The position numbers were made by a program, and so were the translations under genes. DNA of 64,000 nucleotides from Tricharina praecox (Eukaryota). This document shows, piece by piece, positions 12,390-25,615 of the stretch. The notes beneath the pieces are model-generated. The model was not told where the DNA came from, did no database searches, and saw only the letters and a program-made list of their open reading frames with translations. Numbering within the stretch: position 1 is the stretch's first letter; every line of letters begins with the position of its first letter. Where the stretch lies: NCBI RefSeq assembly GCF_024521635.1, contig NW_026250419.1, positions 62,001-126,000 on the forward strand, given 5' to 3'.

Positions 12390-14284
12390 CACATACGGAG
12401 GGAGTCCGACTGGAATATCGGGTTTAAAAGAATGGATGGCGAGGTGTGTCTGTGTCTGTGTCTGTGTGGGCGCGTTTGGGAAAGTTACATGCGACAGACA
12501 CCCACTACCAGGTACCTAGTACACTCTATGAAGAGTGGTGATGCACGCAGGCTAGGGCACAGCACAGGGGTGGGCCGTAGTTAGCGTGTGCTCAGGGACG
12601 CAAAGTCATGCAACTCGCGAAGACCCGGGCCCTTCGACGCGGTGGATGGCGCTTGTGATGGACAGCGGCGGCGGTTATCGCGACTATCGTCAACCTTGAC
12701 AGCACGTGCTATCCTTCTCTGGGGCCAGATCGAAAGTTGGAGACAGCTGGCTGGTTCTTCGTGGGGGAACAGCATTGAAGCGTTCTACCGTAAAGCTAGA
12801 ATCTTCATCACTGTGACCAGATAGGGACGGTTTAGATTTGAACTTTTGATACCGGCCCCAACCACCCGCTCTTCAGACGACCGTCTCTGACCAACCGGTT
12901 GGAGTGTAAATACCTAGGAAGTGACTCGCCATATACCTCCAGCAGCCCTTTGTGCAAACCCTTTCTTGGATTCCTTGGGAGCCCCAGCATAGCATTCGAC
13001 CGCTTCCACCCGTGGCAAGCTTTGTTCAAATTCTCTGTTCATAAAACCATCGGAGTAAATGTTAGGACCGGTAAAGGGGCCCTTTTCACACCATTGCTGT
13101 CATAGCGCTTAGAGGGAGAACATCAATTTATTGTCGCAGGTGGCCTGTTCAGACTACCAGTAGGTATGGCGACCCTATCATCGCGCTTAATCTCAGTCGC
13201 CCATTCACCAGCCATCATCCATCATCCACGCGAGTGATGCCGAGTGTAGTAGACCGATTGAGCCAGCAAAGCTTGGAAGAAGCGACCAACTTCGTTGACC
13301 CAGCGATTCTCAGTGCTCACTCCCACTTTACCTTCTCGCATCATCCAAGCTTCCTCTGAGAATCCATTCGCCTCCCCAACCCCATTCACCCCTCATTCAC
13401 CCCTCCACCACATACTGCCGCCGAGCAACAACAGCTTCACCACTCTTATTCCCATCATTCGCAAACACCAGTGGGCTACCTACACACTTCAGCATCAACC
13501 CTACTCTAGACACTTTTCCAAGTTCTCCACCTCCTCCAGATACCCCAACGAAGAACGCTTGGTCACTCGCTTTCCCACCCTTCAGCTCTACGTGGGTAGG
13601 CAGTTTCTCACTCGAATTACCAACCTTACTGAACTGTGTAGAGGGTTTTACCTAGGCACCGCCGAAATATCCCCCCAGTCCAGACGGGCCAAGCCAGTCC
13701 GTATGGGATAATAAACCGATATTCTCTCTCTGACAGTCTGACTCCGCCGGAATTTTCAGCGGCGAGACTACTTTTTCTGAAGCATCCAGGAGGGAGGCAG
13801 ATCTATCCTTTCTTTTTATGGTTGAATCATCGTTGCATTCGACCTTATGAGATAATGGCAGTTACTTGTGTCCACCGGAAGCTCCAACGAGGACGGCCGG
13901 CCAGAACGACGAGTGATGGATCGTGCATGGGCCCCCACCTCCCCCACCTCCCCCCACCCCACCACTCACCGCTCTACTTTCTTCTGCTCGCCCCCCATCT
14001 GTATCTGATGCGGGTAGATACCGGTATCGAGGAGGGGCTTCACGATACGGCAGAGGGTACCCCCACACCCCACATCCCACGCCGCACGTCGGCCTCAAGC
14101 TTTCAAGCTTCAAGCCTTCAAACGAAAGGGACCGTGGTTATCCGCCGCTTCGGGAAGCACACCCTCGAAAAAAAAACAAGTTGGAATACCGGGCACCGAG
14201 ATAAGACCCACCCAGGGTCTCAATCATCTACCGGTATGTACCTAGTGGGTTCTGCCTCGATCCTGGGTAGTAGGGTCCATGACT

Positions 14285-14560
14285 CTATGTACAAAGAAGC
14301 AAAGGGAAAGGAACTAAGAAGAAGATGAAACTGGACCATGGGCCACGGCTCCAGATAGGCAGATAGGCAGATAGGCAGATAGCACCCCCGCGCCGCCCGG
14401 GAACGGAAAAATTGCTGCCTATGTACAAAAACAAAAACAGAGGCACAAGGAAAGCTGTACCGTGGACCCTAACTAGATGGGCAGATGGGAAGATAGGCAG
14501 ATAAGTAGCACCTCCGAAGATGTCGTCAGTCCGGGAACGGAAAATTACAGCCTATGTACG
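14285..14560. repeat. Degenerate direct repeat with ~134-bp period, containing (AGATAGGC)n
   Basis: CTATGTAC at 14285, 14419 and 14552; CCGGGAACGGAAAA at 14397 and 14531; AGATAGGCAGATA in both units. Confidence 0.75.
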
Positions 14561-14781
14561 TAGAGTACATACAAAGCGGCGAAACACCGTCAGCTTGCAG
14601 ACGTCTAGAAACCGCAAAGAAGAAAGAGGAGTGAAACAAGGGTATGTAGAATCTGAAGGAGCGGAAGCTAGAGATAGGTAGACAGATAGCGTTTCTTTAC
14701 CGCGAGACAATCTATGTACATACTCCCGCAGCTCTATGTACTCTACCCTACCGGTAGTTAGTCCGCAATCCCACATGGCAT

Positions 14782-14838
14782 TGGCAGCAATGGCCCATGG
14801 CAGCAATGGTCCATGGCAGCAATGGCCCATGGCAGCAA
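14782..14838. repeat. 16-bp minisatellite (TGGCAGCAATGGYCCA) x3.5
   Basis: Units start at 14782, 14798, 14814 and 14830. Confidence 0.85.
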
Positions 14839-15381
14839 CGGGGAAAGGAAAAAGAAAAACCCGAAACGTGGGACTACATCCACAACATGACTGGCTGGCT
14901 GATTCGCTGGCTGATTGACTGGCTGGCTGCATCCCCGCCTACATACATTTCCGACTACATGGGCATACTTCTTACGCAGCATTACTCCATCCTCATGCAC
15001 AATGCACAATGCACAAGGCTGTCACCGACTGTCACCGAGATATGTACCGAGATAGATACTGAGATAGATAGCGATCCGCAACTGCCCTCCGCCATCCGCG
15101 CGGCGTGACGGCGTCGTCTGTTATGGATGGATGGATGGATGGGCAAGGAAGAAACACCATGTGCACTTATCCGTTCAGTGGCTGGCTGGCTGTTCTTGCC
15201 CGTGGAGCTGATATCTCAGCTATCAGCCTACATACTTCATGCCCACTCCGATGTTGATCCAACTCGTCTAGCCCAACTCCGCCAGCCCAGCCCAGCCCAG
15301 CCCAGCGGAAACATCTCGACACACACGGCATCACCATGCACCACACTACACTACAATGACTGCACCGAGCAAACGAATAGG

Positions 15382-15423
15382 TACCGTACAGATACCGTAC
15401 AGATACCGTACAGATACCGTACA
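15382..15423. repeat. 11-bp tandem repeat (TACCGTACAGA) x~3.8
   Basis: Read directly from the sequence. Confidence 0.85.
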
Positions 15424-15540
15424 TGTCGATGAATTGGTAATTTGACTTTGTCTTTTGTATCATACATTAATTACAATTGATCCCCCCCCCCCAATGCCCA
15501 TCAGCCCCCCTTCCTTCCATTGCCATTTCCGTTTCCATTG

Positions 15541-15635
15541 CCATTGATCCCCCTCCCCCATTGATCCCCTCCCCCATTGATCCCCTCCCCCATTGATCCC
15601 CCTCCCCCATTGATCCCCCTCCCCCATTGATCCCC
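15541..15635. repeat. 16-17-bp C-rich minisatellite (CCATTGATCCCC[C]TCCC) x6
   Basis: CATTGATCCCC at 15542, 15559, 15575, 15591, 15608 and 15625. Confidence 0.9.
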
Positions 15636-16257
15636 ATCTCCAGTGCAAGAAACAGAACCCAGACCCCTCATACTCAATAAACACCATAGCGTAAAAACTA
15701 AAGGAAAAAAAAGAATAAACCCAACCCGCCCATTGATCCCACATATCCCATTTGAAGCAAGCAACGATGAAAAACGTTAAAGAAATCGGAAGAAAAGAAG
15801 AAAAAAAGAAGAAAAAAAGCACACACATAAACTCCCGCGTCCGCGTCCCATACACAAAGTTAGAAAGGAGAAAATGTAACGGAAAATCAGAAAGAAAAGG
15901 TAAAACAAAAACATCCCACCCGGTAACAGAAAATAGAGAAGAGGGAAAGGGAAAACATGTACAGTGCGTACCCGCCCCACCAACCTCCCAATATGTACGA
16001 ATGCCAGCACCATCACCATGAAGAAAAGTTAGGAAAAGAAAAAAGAAAACAGGAAAAAAAACGGGCCTTCTTAATCCTTAATCGAATGCGTAACAATCAA
16101 AACCTGAGCACCACCCGAAACGAAAAGCGGGAAAAAAGAAAGAAAAAAAAGAAAGAAAAAAAAGAAAGAAAAAAAAGAAAGAAAAAAAATCAGGACCGCC
16201 CCCATTCCCCTAGAAGGGCCGAGAAATCTCAACCTTGTTCCCTGCCCGCCAGATTCC

Positions 16258-18000
16258 TTATCTTCGCCATCCCACATTCCAAAGAACATGGGCGATATCT
16301 CGGGCTGTGTTAACGGCATCAACGGCCCTTCCGAAAAGTCCGGTCTCCAGCTCATCGTCCTCCCAGGAATTGAAATTCGGTAACTGAAAGTCGTCGGTAT
16401 TCGGAGTGTTTCCCGCTGGTAAACTGCCGCTGTTGCTGTTGCCGAACGACGGCAGTGAAAAGCCTCCTCCGTTGGGCTCCCAATCCAAACCAGCCATATC
16501 GTCATCGTCGTCCAGAGCGAATGACTTCTTTGCTGGGGCCGGTGTTGGGGTAGGGGCGGCGGCGGGGACCGCCGCTTTGAAGAACGAGTTCAACGACAGG
16601 AAGGAACCAGTCTTCTTCTTTGGCGGCTCCTCTTTGTATTTAAGTGTAGTCGAAGGAAGGTGCGCAATTGTCTGTGGCTCGCTGGATCCCCCCTTGTTGC
16701 TATCCTTGCTTCCCTTGCGAGCCATCATCACGATCCCGTCGTCGGACGAACTATCATCCGCGTCGTACCTCCTCCCGTACATGTAGTCGTCGTAATCATC
16801 GTCGTCATCGTCCGTCTCCACGGCTATGCATTGCTGGACCTGGTCGTTGAAGTGAATATGTTTCTTGGCCGAGGGCGATTGGCAGCCGGTCGAAACGGCC
16901 GATGTGATATCGCTGGGGGCGGCGGGACTGATTCGCGAACCGTACGAAGAACCGAAATCCGAATTCGCGCGGCTCACAAGTGTCGGGGGGTAAAGCCGGT
17001 TGGACTGTTGCGAAGCGATGGCCGCCGTCGCCTGCTTGAGCAGGCTCGACGTCGACCGCGACTTCTGAAGCATGATCTCCGACATACTCCGCTTCTTCAG
17101 GATCGGTTTCGTCTTGTAGAAGGAATCGTTACGTGGCAGTTTTGCTTCCGCGGGTGACGCAGCTGGTGATGGAGGGACATGTGCCGTGAGAGTTTCCGCA
17201 CCCACAGACAGCGGTCCGTAGAGCCAAGTAACATCGCAATCCTTCAACCTGGGAGATTGTCAGTTAAAACTCTCTACACACTGCGGCGGCGGCGGCGGTG
17301 ACGGCGCAGCCACCCACACAGTCGAGACAACTAACCAGTTCAACTTGTCTGCGGAGACAGTCTTCAGCCTGTACTTCTTCTTCCCCCATGTTCGCCACGA
17401 CGCATTCTCCAGTCGTGCCGAATTGCTGTGGACGTTCCTCTTGCGCACCATGTACCGCCAAGATGCCCAGATATCCTCCTCCCTCCAGTCATGAGACAGA
17501 TAGTCAACGTGCCGTGATGGCTCTGTCCTCACACACGTGTCGTCCGCAGGCCTCGGCCGTGGCATCTGGTCATCCGAATCTGGGGTCTGCTGCTGCTGTG
17601 ACTGCGGCTCTAGGGTCTCAATCTCCTCTTCGGATGAGGATTGCTGGGGTTCCGGTGATGGCGACGGTGATGGCAGGGCGGTACCGAAGTTGTACACGGG
17701 GAAGAACATTGGGTCCTCCTGTTCCGAGGAATCCAGACATATGCTGCTGGCGACGGACGACGAGGACGACGAGTGTCTCGAGTACGCAATGCTCGACAGT
17801 TCCGGCGACGAGATGGACGACGGAGGAGGCGAAAGCTGGCGAGTAACCGAAAAAGCCTTGAAGGAGTCGTCTGGCTGCGAACGCGGAATCGTGGTCTCAT
17901 CGTATGGTGGTGTATACGACTGCTGTGGGGAGCGACATCTCGGCGACGAAGAACGATAGTAACTGTCCAGCTGGGCCGGCACCGTAAGAACTTCAGTCAT
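16258..18000 (-). CDS. REG1: Reg1/Hex2-like protein phosphatase 1 regulatory subunit (2 exons)
   Basis: HVDYLSHDWREEDIWASWRY...RLENASWRTW...LNW|LKDCDVTWLYGPL (DUF1752 region), KPILKKRSMSEIML, and the PP1-docking motif KKHIHFNDQVQQCIAV. Confidence 0.9.
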
Positions 18001-21000
18001 GGTCGCGAACTATTGTCGCGAACACGGGGGCACTGAGGTTGGTGGGGTGGGGAGGTGGGGAGTAGTGGGTGGTATCGACAGGTCCGTGGGTGGGCAGTGG
18101 GAGGGAGCGAGCGAGTGGTGAGTGAAAGTTGGCAAGTTCGAGTTGACGCACTAAGGGGTAGTCGTAGTCGTATTCGATATGGTTGGATAGGACGGTTAGA
18201 CGTTTTTGGGATGAGAGGCGGTGAGAGAACGGAGCAACGAGACGACAGTTGCGATGTGTGCAGGAACAGGAAGCGAAGAGCCGACTCAAAGAAAGCTTTT
18301 CCGGAGGAGGAGCGAGACTGAGGATAATTAACTGTCGGGAAGGTTGGAGACTGGTTTGAGAGTTTGGGGATTTTTTCTTGGGAGGTGTGGAAGCGATGGG
18401 CACTAGATTACGATTAATATTAATATTTTAGAGCAGGACGACGACGGGAATATGTAGAGTGAGGTTATGGGTAATATTTGGGGGGGGGGGCGGGCGGAAG
18501 AGCGTGTGTGGGTGAGAGACGAGCAGGAAGGGGAGTCGGACATGGATCGGATGGATACGTACATAAGAGTACCGCAAGTGTGTGCCCCCCCTACATGCTC
18601 ACAGGTTGCCAGGGGGGTCTCAAACAAAAAGGCGAGTGGAAGATGGAGAAGGAGAAGGGGGTTCTCAAAAGTACACTGGCGGAGATATCTAAACGACGTT
18701 ACATACCAGCGGGGGGAGGGAAGTGTCGCGGGCGGCGCAGCGGCGCTAGCAGACGTCCAGGGCGGCCGGCCGGCTAACGAGACTTTCTTCTTCTATGTAC
18801 TCTACCCATACTCTAGTTATACTCCAGAGGACATAACTGTACTTCTCCACAAACTCCTCCACAGAATGGCCACCGCTACAACCTACCACTAGAGTACCAT
18901 ATAGTACTTCTAGGCACTGCTGCTAGACACTGCCACTGCTGCTGGTGCTGCTCCTCCACGTACGCACGTATCTAGATTCGTAGCGGGGTCTTTTGCATGC
19001 TAGGCAAGTAAGTGACGGTGGAAAGCTGCCAGCTGCGAGCTGCGAGCTTCTTCCACGACGGCGGTGGTTAACTCCTCCAGGCCCGCCAGAGAAGCTAGAG
19101 TACGCGGACGGTGCCAGACGCAGAAGGCAGATACCGACGTCGTATGTAGGTAAGCATGAATGTATGTGTGAAGAGTATCCATGGCGGAGGAGAAGGAAAG
19201 AAAGAAAGAAAGGAAAAAGAAAGAAAAAGGTTCAAGGCCTGCAGGTTGCAGGTTGCATGCTTCCAACGGCATGGCGAAGTATGAGGTAGTCGGGCCCATG
19301 TAGAGTTGTACTTCTACTAGTATCTAGAGTACATACTCTACACACCTGTCTCTCCCTCCAGGCACGACGTCGGGCTCGAGACGAAGCAAATAAAACACAT
19401 CGTTGCCGCACTACACACTTACCTAAGGCACTTTGGTATGCACAGAGTGCATACATACAGCAAGCACAGCACAGCACATCACAGACCCCACAGCCGGAGC
19501 GTTTATGTGGTTTGGTTTGGTATGGGTTTAGCTGGTCTGGTTGGTTGGTTGGTTGGTATAGTTTGGTTGGTATAGTTTGGTTGGTCGGTGATGATCGCCA
19601 TGCGGATGCTGGCCCCAGACAGACACAATTTGTGTTCGACGCAACAGGTGTGGAGAATAGTACCGTACCTGCTTATTCGCGCCCGATCCAGCAAGTACAT
19701 ACATGGAGTACGCTCACCAACACATCATGTACATCGTACATAGGCGGTGGATGTATGTACTTTACTGTGATACGGTGGTCTTCGGGATACATAGAGTACC
19801 TGTATCGTAGGTACCGTGCTTCTCGCAGTCTCTTGCGTGCCTGCTCGTCAGTCCGTCCGCCTGCCATGTATGGAGATTAGGTATGATACCTCGAGTCGAC
19901 CGCAGACGTTGGCACTGCCAGAGCGACTAGGCAGATACCGTGGCCACAGAGTACCAGTACATGGTGATTACCGCCGCCGCCCCCAAGTACCCAGAGTACC
20001 CAGAGCGGAAAGCAGCCACTTGGTCAATCAAGGATCAGCTCGCTCGCTCGCTCACTGGGGAAGGAAGGGAAGGAAAGGATCCAGGGCTTGCCGCTTGCCA
20101 CGATCCAGATTCCAGAACGCCGCCGCCGAAAATTCAAGTCGGTCCCTCCCTCATGTACCTAGGGTGGTGATCCAGAAAGCAAAGTCCACGGGTGTGTTCT
20201 CCCTAGTAGGGATCCCGTCTGACTGTTGACATGAAGCCGGTTGCGAGTTGTATGCAGGTGCCGGTAACTATCCTGCTCGGAAGCAAGTGGGTGCTTCATA
20301 TGTATGACTTGGGTAGAGCCGATTGAGTACTCTAGATACCTGGTTGTCGATGGTCCTAGCCGTGCAACTGCCACTGCCAGCGGTCTGGTTTGTCTATCTC
20401 CGCCTCCGCCACCGCGCCGCCGCGAGCGAGTGAGCGAGATACGCGCCTTCCCCCCCTCCCCTCCCCTCCCCTCCCATGATATGCCATGCCAGGCCAGCGA
20501 CTTCACCGACTCCACCCGAGAAGCGAGGGATGGAAGGACGGAGGACGGAGGGGAGGGGAGGGGAGGGAGGCAAAAGAGAAGGAAGAAAGGGAAGGAAAGA
20601 AAAGAAAAGGAAGAAAGAAACAACGGCTTTACCAGGGTGCTCGGAGGGACAGAAACCGGCCGCAAAGAAAGAAGGAGGGAAGGAGGGAAGGGGAAGGAGG
20701 GAAGAAAAGCCAAAACCAAAGCCAAAACATGTGTTTTTTTTTTCGGTGACCGCAGCTTTGCTTAACTCCTCTACGGTACCTACTCTACCTCGTAGGATGG
20801 AAGTTGAGTAGAATACGTAGTCGATGGCAGCGTCACCATGGAAGAGCAGTTTTTCTTCGCACATCCACCACACGGACGCAAACACCATCCACAGATCCAT
20901 CCATCCATCCGTCCATTTAACTGCCCGTCCATCCACCCGCCCGCATCTCTCGTGTGCAGTATGCAATGCACGTAACTACATAACCACTCTACATGAGTTT

Positions 21001-24000
21001 CTATCCAGCCATGCCCACGGTGCACGGAGGGGAGAATCGGGAGGTGACAATCGGGAGTCTACTCTACGTCTTCATCTTCGTCTGTGCGGCGGCGGCGGCG
21101 GCGGCGGGGGAGCGGTCGACGGTCGTGATTCGTGAACGAATCGCACGCACAGAGAGACGTACACACACACATACACACGCACACACCGGTTGCGGCACCA
21201 CCCCCATTCGTCCGGATCCGAGGAGGAGGAATTCTCCTCTCCATCTTGGATGTTTTTTTCCTTCCTTTTTCCTTCTTGAATCTTTTCTTTTTTCTTCGCG
21301 TTTGCGAGCTGCTGCGTCTCCGGCGCTCGTTCGCGAGCTCGCTGGAATCGAGATCGAAACGAAACAAACTGGACTACGAGAACGGGAACGGGAGAAGGAA
21401 AAAGACAAGAAAAGAAAGAAAACTCCGTCCCTCGAACTGCCGGGGAATATCGGGGTCGAGTTGTGTTCATGTGGTGTGCACTGGGTGCTCTAACCAAGTA
21501 ACCAAGGACCTAACCAAGCAACCAAGCAGCAAGTACTACGGCACTCCACATGCCTTTCCGCATCCTTTCCCTTCCTCCTCCCGAAACGATGGGTCTCTTG
21601 ATGGCCACATATTACGGCCGCGCCGGGGGCAAGCAGGCAGGCAAGCAAGCAGGCATGAAGAACGAGCGAGTCGCGAGGGGGGTGCCGTTGCATTCGCAAG
21701 CGATTTTCCGGAGGCGCGGATTACCCACACCCTCTGATACATACATATCCCTATATTGATAGTCGGACAGGGTCCTTCGTTCATTCCTTCCTTCGTTCGC
21801 TGGTTCGTTCGCTGGTTCGCTGCTTGGTTCCAGGAGAAATAAACAAGAAGAAGCTTGGCCGTGGTGGTGGTGGTTGTCCGCGTCTCCATTCCAGTGTCCA
21901 CCCACCGATCATCAATATCCATCTATATATCAGGCACGTTGACGTCGAGGCTTCGACATCGACTGCAGCCAGCCAGCCCTGTGAGTGCTTCAACAACATA
22001 TCTGTAACTGCATACTCGCCATGACTTCATCCGTGCTCTACATGGGCGGAGAGTATGTAAGTTCTGGTACATACAGCGCCGACCCGTTGGGACTCGGGGG
22101 AATAGCGAGAGCACAGACGTCGTTGCTGTATATTCCCCAACTAACCACATATCTCCCCCGGACTTTTCGCTCTACGGCACTCCACGTACCTAAGCAGCTA
22201 CTAGTATAAAATAGTAGACACCGAACACCACCGCGCCCTGCCTTACCCTGTCCTGGACCGACTGTGGAGTGCGGAGTGCGGAGATTCCGGGGGTGTAGGC
22301 GTGTGTTCTGGCCTCGTGGTGGTGGGGGAGACGGAGGTTTCTGTTTTGCTGTGATCGGGGTACCGGTGGTACTCTACTCGTTGTTAGGTCTGGGGTAAGT
22401 AGAGTAGACCTTCTCCACGCTTTTGGCGTGGAAGCCGCCCAATCACAAGACGAGGCCACGACGTATGTGTTTCCCAACAAAAAAAAGATCATCCACCCCC
22501 AGCCTCCAGCCCAGCCTCATGATCTCCGAGATGGCATAGGGGAGATCTGATGCTCTGTGCTACATATATGATGGTTACATAGAGGTAGGTAAGGGGGATG
22601 ATAGAGGTATGAAGTATGAAGCATGGAATAGGTACGAGAGAGAGAGAGAGCCGCAGTGTCCTCCGCGTCATAAATTCCCAACGAAAGGAGGCAAGCAAAG
22701 TCGGGATTCGCAGCCGTCGATGTCTGTCTGTGTGCGTACGTAAGTACGAGTACGAGTACGGGGGAGGGAAACTGGTTATGTATATATACGATAGTAGTGT
22801 TGTGCCACCGTTGCGGGGGCGGGGGCGGGGCGGCGAAGTGCGGGGATGTGTGTGTGTAGAGTACAGCACGCGGGGATGACGATCGGGTGCGGGTGCGGGC
22901 GGCGGGGTTCGGGGTTCGGGGTTCGGCTCGGCAACGAAAACCGCGCGGTATGCACTCGTGCAGAGCTTTCACAATCGCTTGGTGGCTTGGAATAGGTATA
23001 CAGCTTGGAGTAGCTTGGAATACGTACCGCTTGGAGTAAAATTGTATTCCGCCAGTCTCACAGGCTGCAAGTTGCAAGTTGCAATTCTTGTTCCGCTCAG
23101 GCTCGTTGCGGGTGCGCATCCTCCAGACTCCAAAGTTGCCTACCTAAGGTAAGAGGTACATACATCAGTAACACTTCCGACCCCATGGGCCATGGGCCAT
23201 GGAAGAGATACCCATATCTGTATCTGTATCTGTATCTGCTTTCCTCGGCTGCTCCCTCCCCCTCCTGTCGTGCCGTGCAGTGCAGTGTCTGCAACCGATA
23301 AAAACTCTATCCATATCCATACCCTTATCTCGCACACATCACACACAACGAAAGCTAATTGAGCTTGGGCTCGAACTTCGATAAATGGTATACGGTACCG
23401 GTACCGGTACCTAGGCGGTTGTATGCAGTAACCACCGACAGCATGCACGCTCCTCCCCCTCCCACAACCCCTCCCCCTCCCCCCTCACTACGACTATCCA
23501 GATCTACCGATGCTGATACTGATGCTGATGGCGGCTTTGTGGTTCGTATCCTTCATACCATAGCACTGCTCATCAATCCCTTTCTCCAGCTCCGTGTAAG
23601 TACCACCATACGGCAGACTCCAGAGTAGCCTCCAGAGTATCCTCCAGCATCCGGCCCCAGACTCCCAGCACGATATGTACTATGTAGCGGGCGGATGGAG
23701 ATTGCGGATCGAAGCTTAGCGGCTTGCGGCTATGTACTCTCATATATGCAGACATCTTTTTTTCCTTCTTCTTTTGGGAGGTGGGGGTGTCACCGTGCCA
23801 GCCCTGTCGACTCTCGAGGCGAGGCAATGGCTAGGCTGGGCTAGGATATGTTACTGTGCATAACTTCGGCGGCCATGTGTAAGTCTACCCTTCCGCTTTC
23901 CGCTGTCATCCCATGTTTGAAGGATATACTTGGGTGCCTATCATAATAGGTAGTGGGTATGGTAGTCCCCCACAGCAGTCATCTCGGCAATCCCGTTTGA

Positions 24001-24293
24001 ACGGCTGGCCAAGTAGGCAGCCTCTTCGGAGCAGCAGCAGTGACTTACGGCCCTATGGTACCTATGGCGGGCTGGAGCCGAACGTTCAATTCCACGAGGC
24101 CAAACAGCGATTGAGCAATCTATTAGCACCGGGCCGTTCGGATCCGTCGTGGGAAAACAGCGGTTGCACGATGTGGGGAAGAAGCAGAAGACGAGAACGG
24201 TGTGGGTAGGTAGTATGTATAGTGAAACCTTTTACGCTCGACAGCCGCCGACTGTAACTCGGCAACTTGTAAGGCGGCGATATGTATCCAGCC

Positions 24294-24354
24294 CCAGAAT
24301 CCAGAATCCAGAATCCAGAATCCAGAATCCAGAATCCAGAATCCAGAATCCAGA
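24294..24354. repeat. (CCAGAAT)8+ heptamer repeat
   Basis: Eight perfect copies plus a partial copy. Confidence 0.95.
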
Positions 24355-24937
24355 GATCTATTGGCACGCTTACGGCAACTGGCTCCAACCTCCACGGGGT
24401 AACTACTAGTACTATGATAGAGCGCATCTCGCTCGGGAGACCGTCGATTGACGGCCCTTTGCGGATATCTACCCAGTCGACAGTCGATCACACGCCATCA
24501 CTTGCCGTCGGGTCATTCCGGAGCTCGCCTGTACTGCGTGCTATGTATGATCGACCACAACCCCGAATGAACGCGGGCCTAACTTCTAGTACTCTCCATA
24601 CCCGCGGCAGATCCGACGACGCAAGGGAAGATGACGCCGTGACGGAAGCGGAAGTACTCTACCCTATGGCCATGCGCTGCACGCTGCTGCTGCAGAGATG
24701 TCGACAGCCCCCATGCTTATGTGTGTAGATACGAAACGAAACTTTCAAAACCTCCACCATGAATGCATGCTGTGAGGATCGCCCCCTCCTTCTGCGAGGT
24801 GTATGTAGAATGGCACCTAGAGTACCTAGAGTAAGGACCTACTCAGGCGAGGAGAAGCTTGGTTAACGGTGAATTCCATACGCCTCCCATACAGCATATG
24901 GATCTTCCCATCGACTTAACGCCAACCAGCAAACGAC

Positions 24938-24981
24938 TCCCATCCCATCCCATCCCATCCCATCCCATCCCGTCCCATCCC
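24938..24981. repeat. (CCCAT)n microsatellite
   Basis: Read directly from the sequence. Confidence 0.85.
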
Positions 24982-25067
24982 GTCCGTCCTCCCGTCCGCC
25001 CGTCCGTCCATCCGTGGCAAGGCAGGAAGAACCAGAGGACGTCAGAGCTTTTAATATAATCTTCACC

Positions 25068-25112
25068 CCACTGTCCACTGTCCACTGTCCACTGTCCACT
25101 GTCCACTGTCCA
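25068..25112. repeat. (CCACTGT)6 heptamer repeat
   Basis: Six perfect copies. Confidence 0.95.
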
Positions 25113-25554
25113 GCCCGGCATCGGCCCCGCCGATGCTGTGCCCTCCTAAAGTCTCCGACTCTCCGATCTCGTGCTCGTGTCCCGCAGCTCGACTTCGAGA
25201 GATAGATTCGGTGATGGGAACACTCGCCAGGAGCTCGGTGGGCCGGTGCACACATCTATGGTAGGTATGCAGCGCATAGGAAGTGGGTGGGTTGGGTGCT
25301 ATATCTTGAGTTCCTAGGCGAGGGCTCTGTATATGGTAGAGTATTACTGCTGGTAGTGACAGCTCGGATATTGGCCATAGGATGTATGTAGAGCAGGTAT
25401 TTCAACACCGACTCCATCACATGCTACGTCGTACGAACCGACACGGCTCCCCCGAGTCTCCCCACGACTCCCCCGAGTCTTACCACTCCCCACTCCCCAG
25501 TGCCCAGTCCCCAATGCCCACAGCTTTAATATCCTATATATTCCTTGCTTATCG

Positions 25555-25615
25555 AATGCCAATGCCCAATGCCAATGCCCAATGCCAATGCCCAATGCCA
25601 ATGCCCAATACCAAT
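25555..25615. repeat. (AATGCC[C])n 6/7-mer repeat
   Basis: Alternating AATGCC and AATGCCC units. Confidence 0.85.

Noticed and set aside
14285..15635. Repeat clusters considered as CRISPR-like arrays
   Set aside because: The context is eukaryotic, the repeats are tandem or degenerate without constant-length unique spacers, and there are no cas genes.
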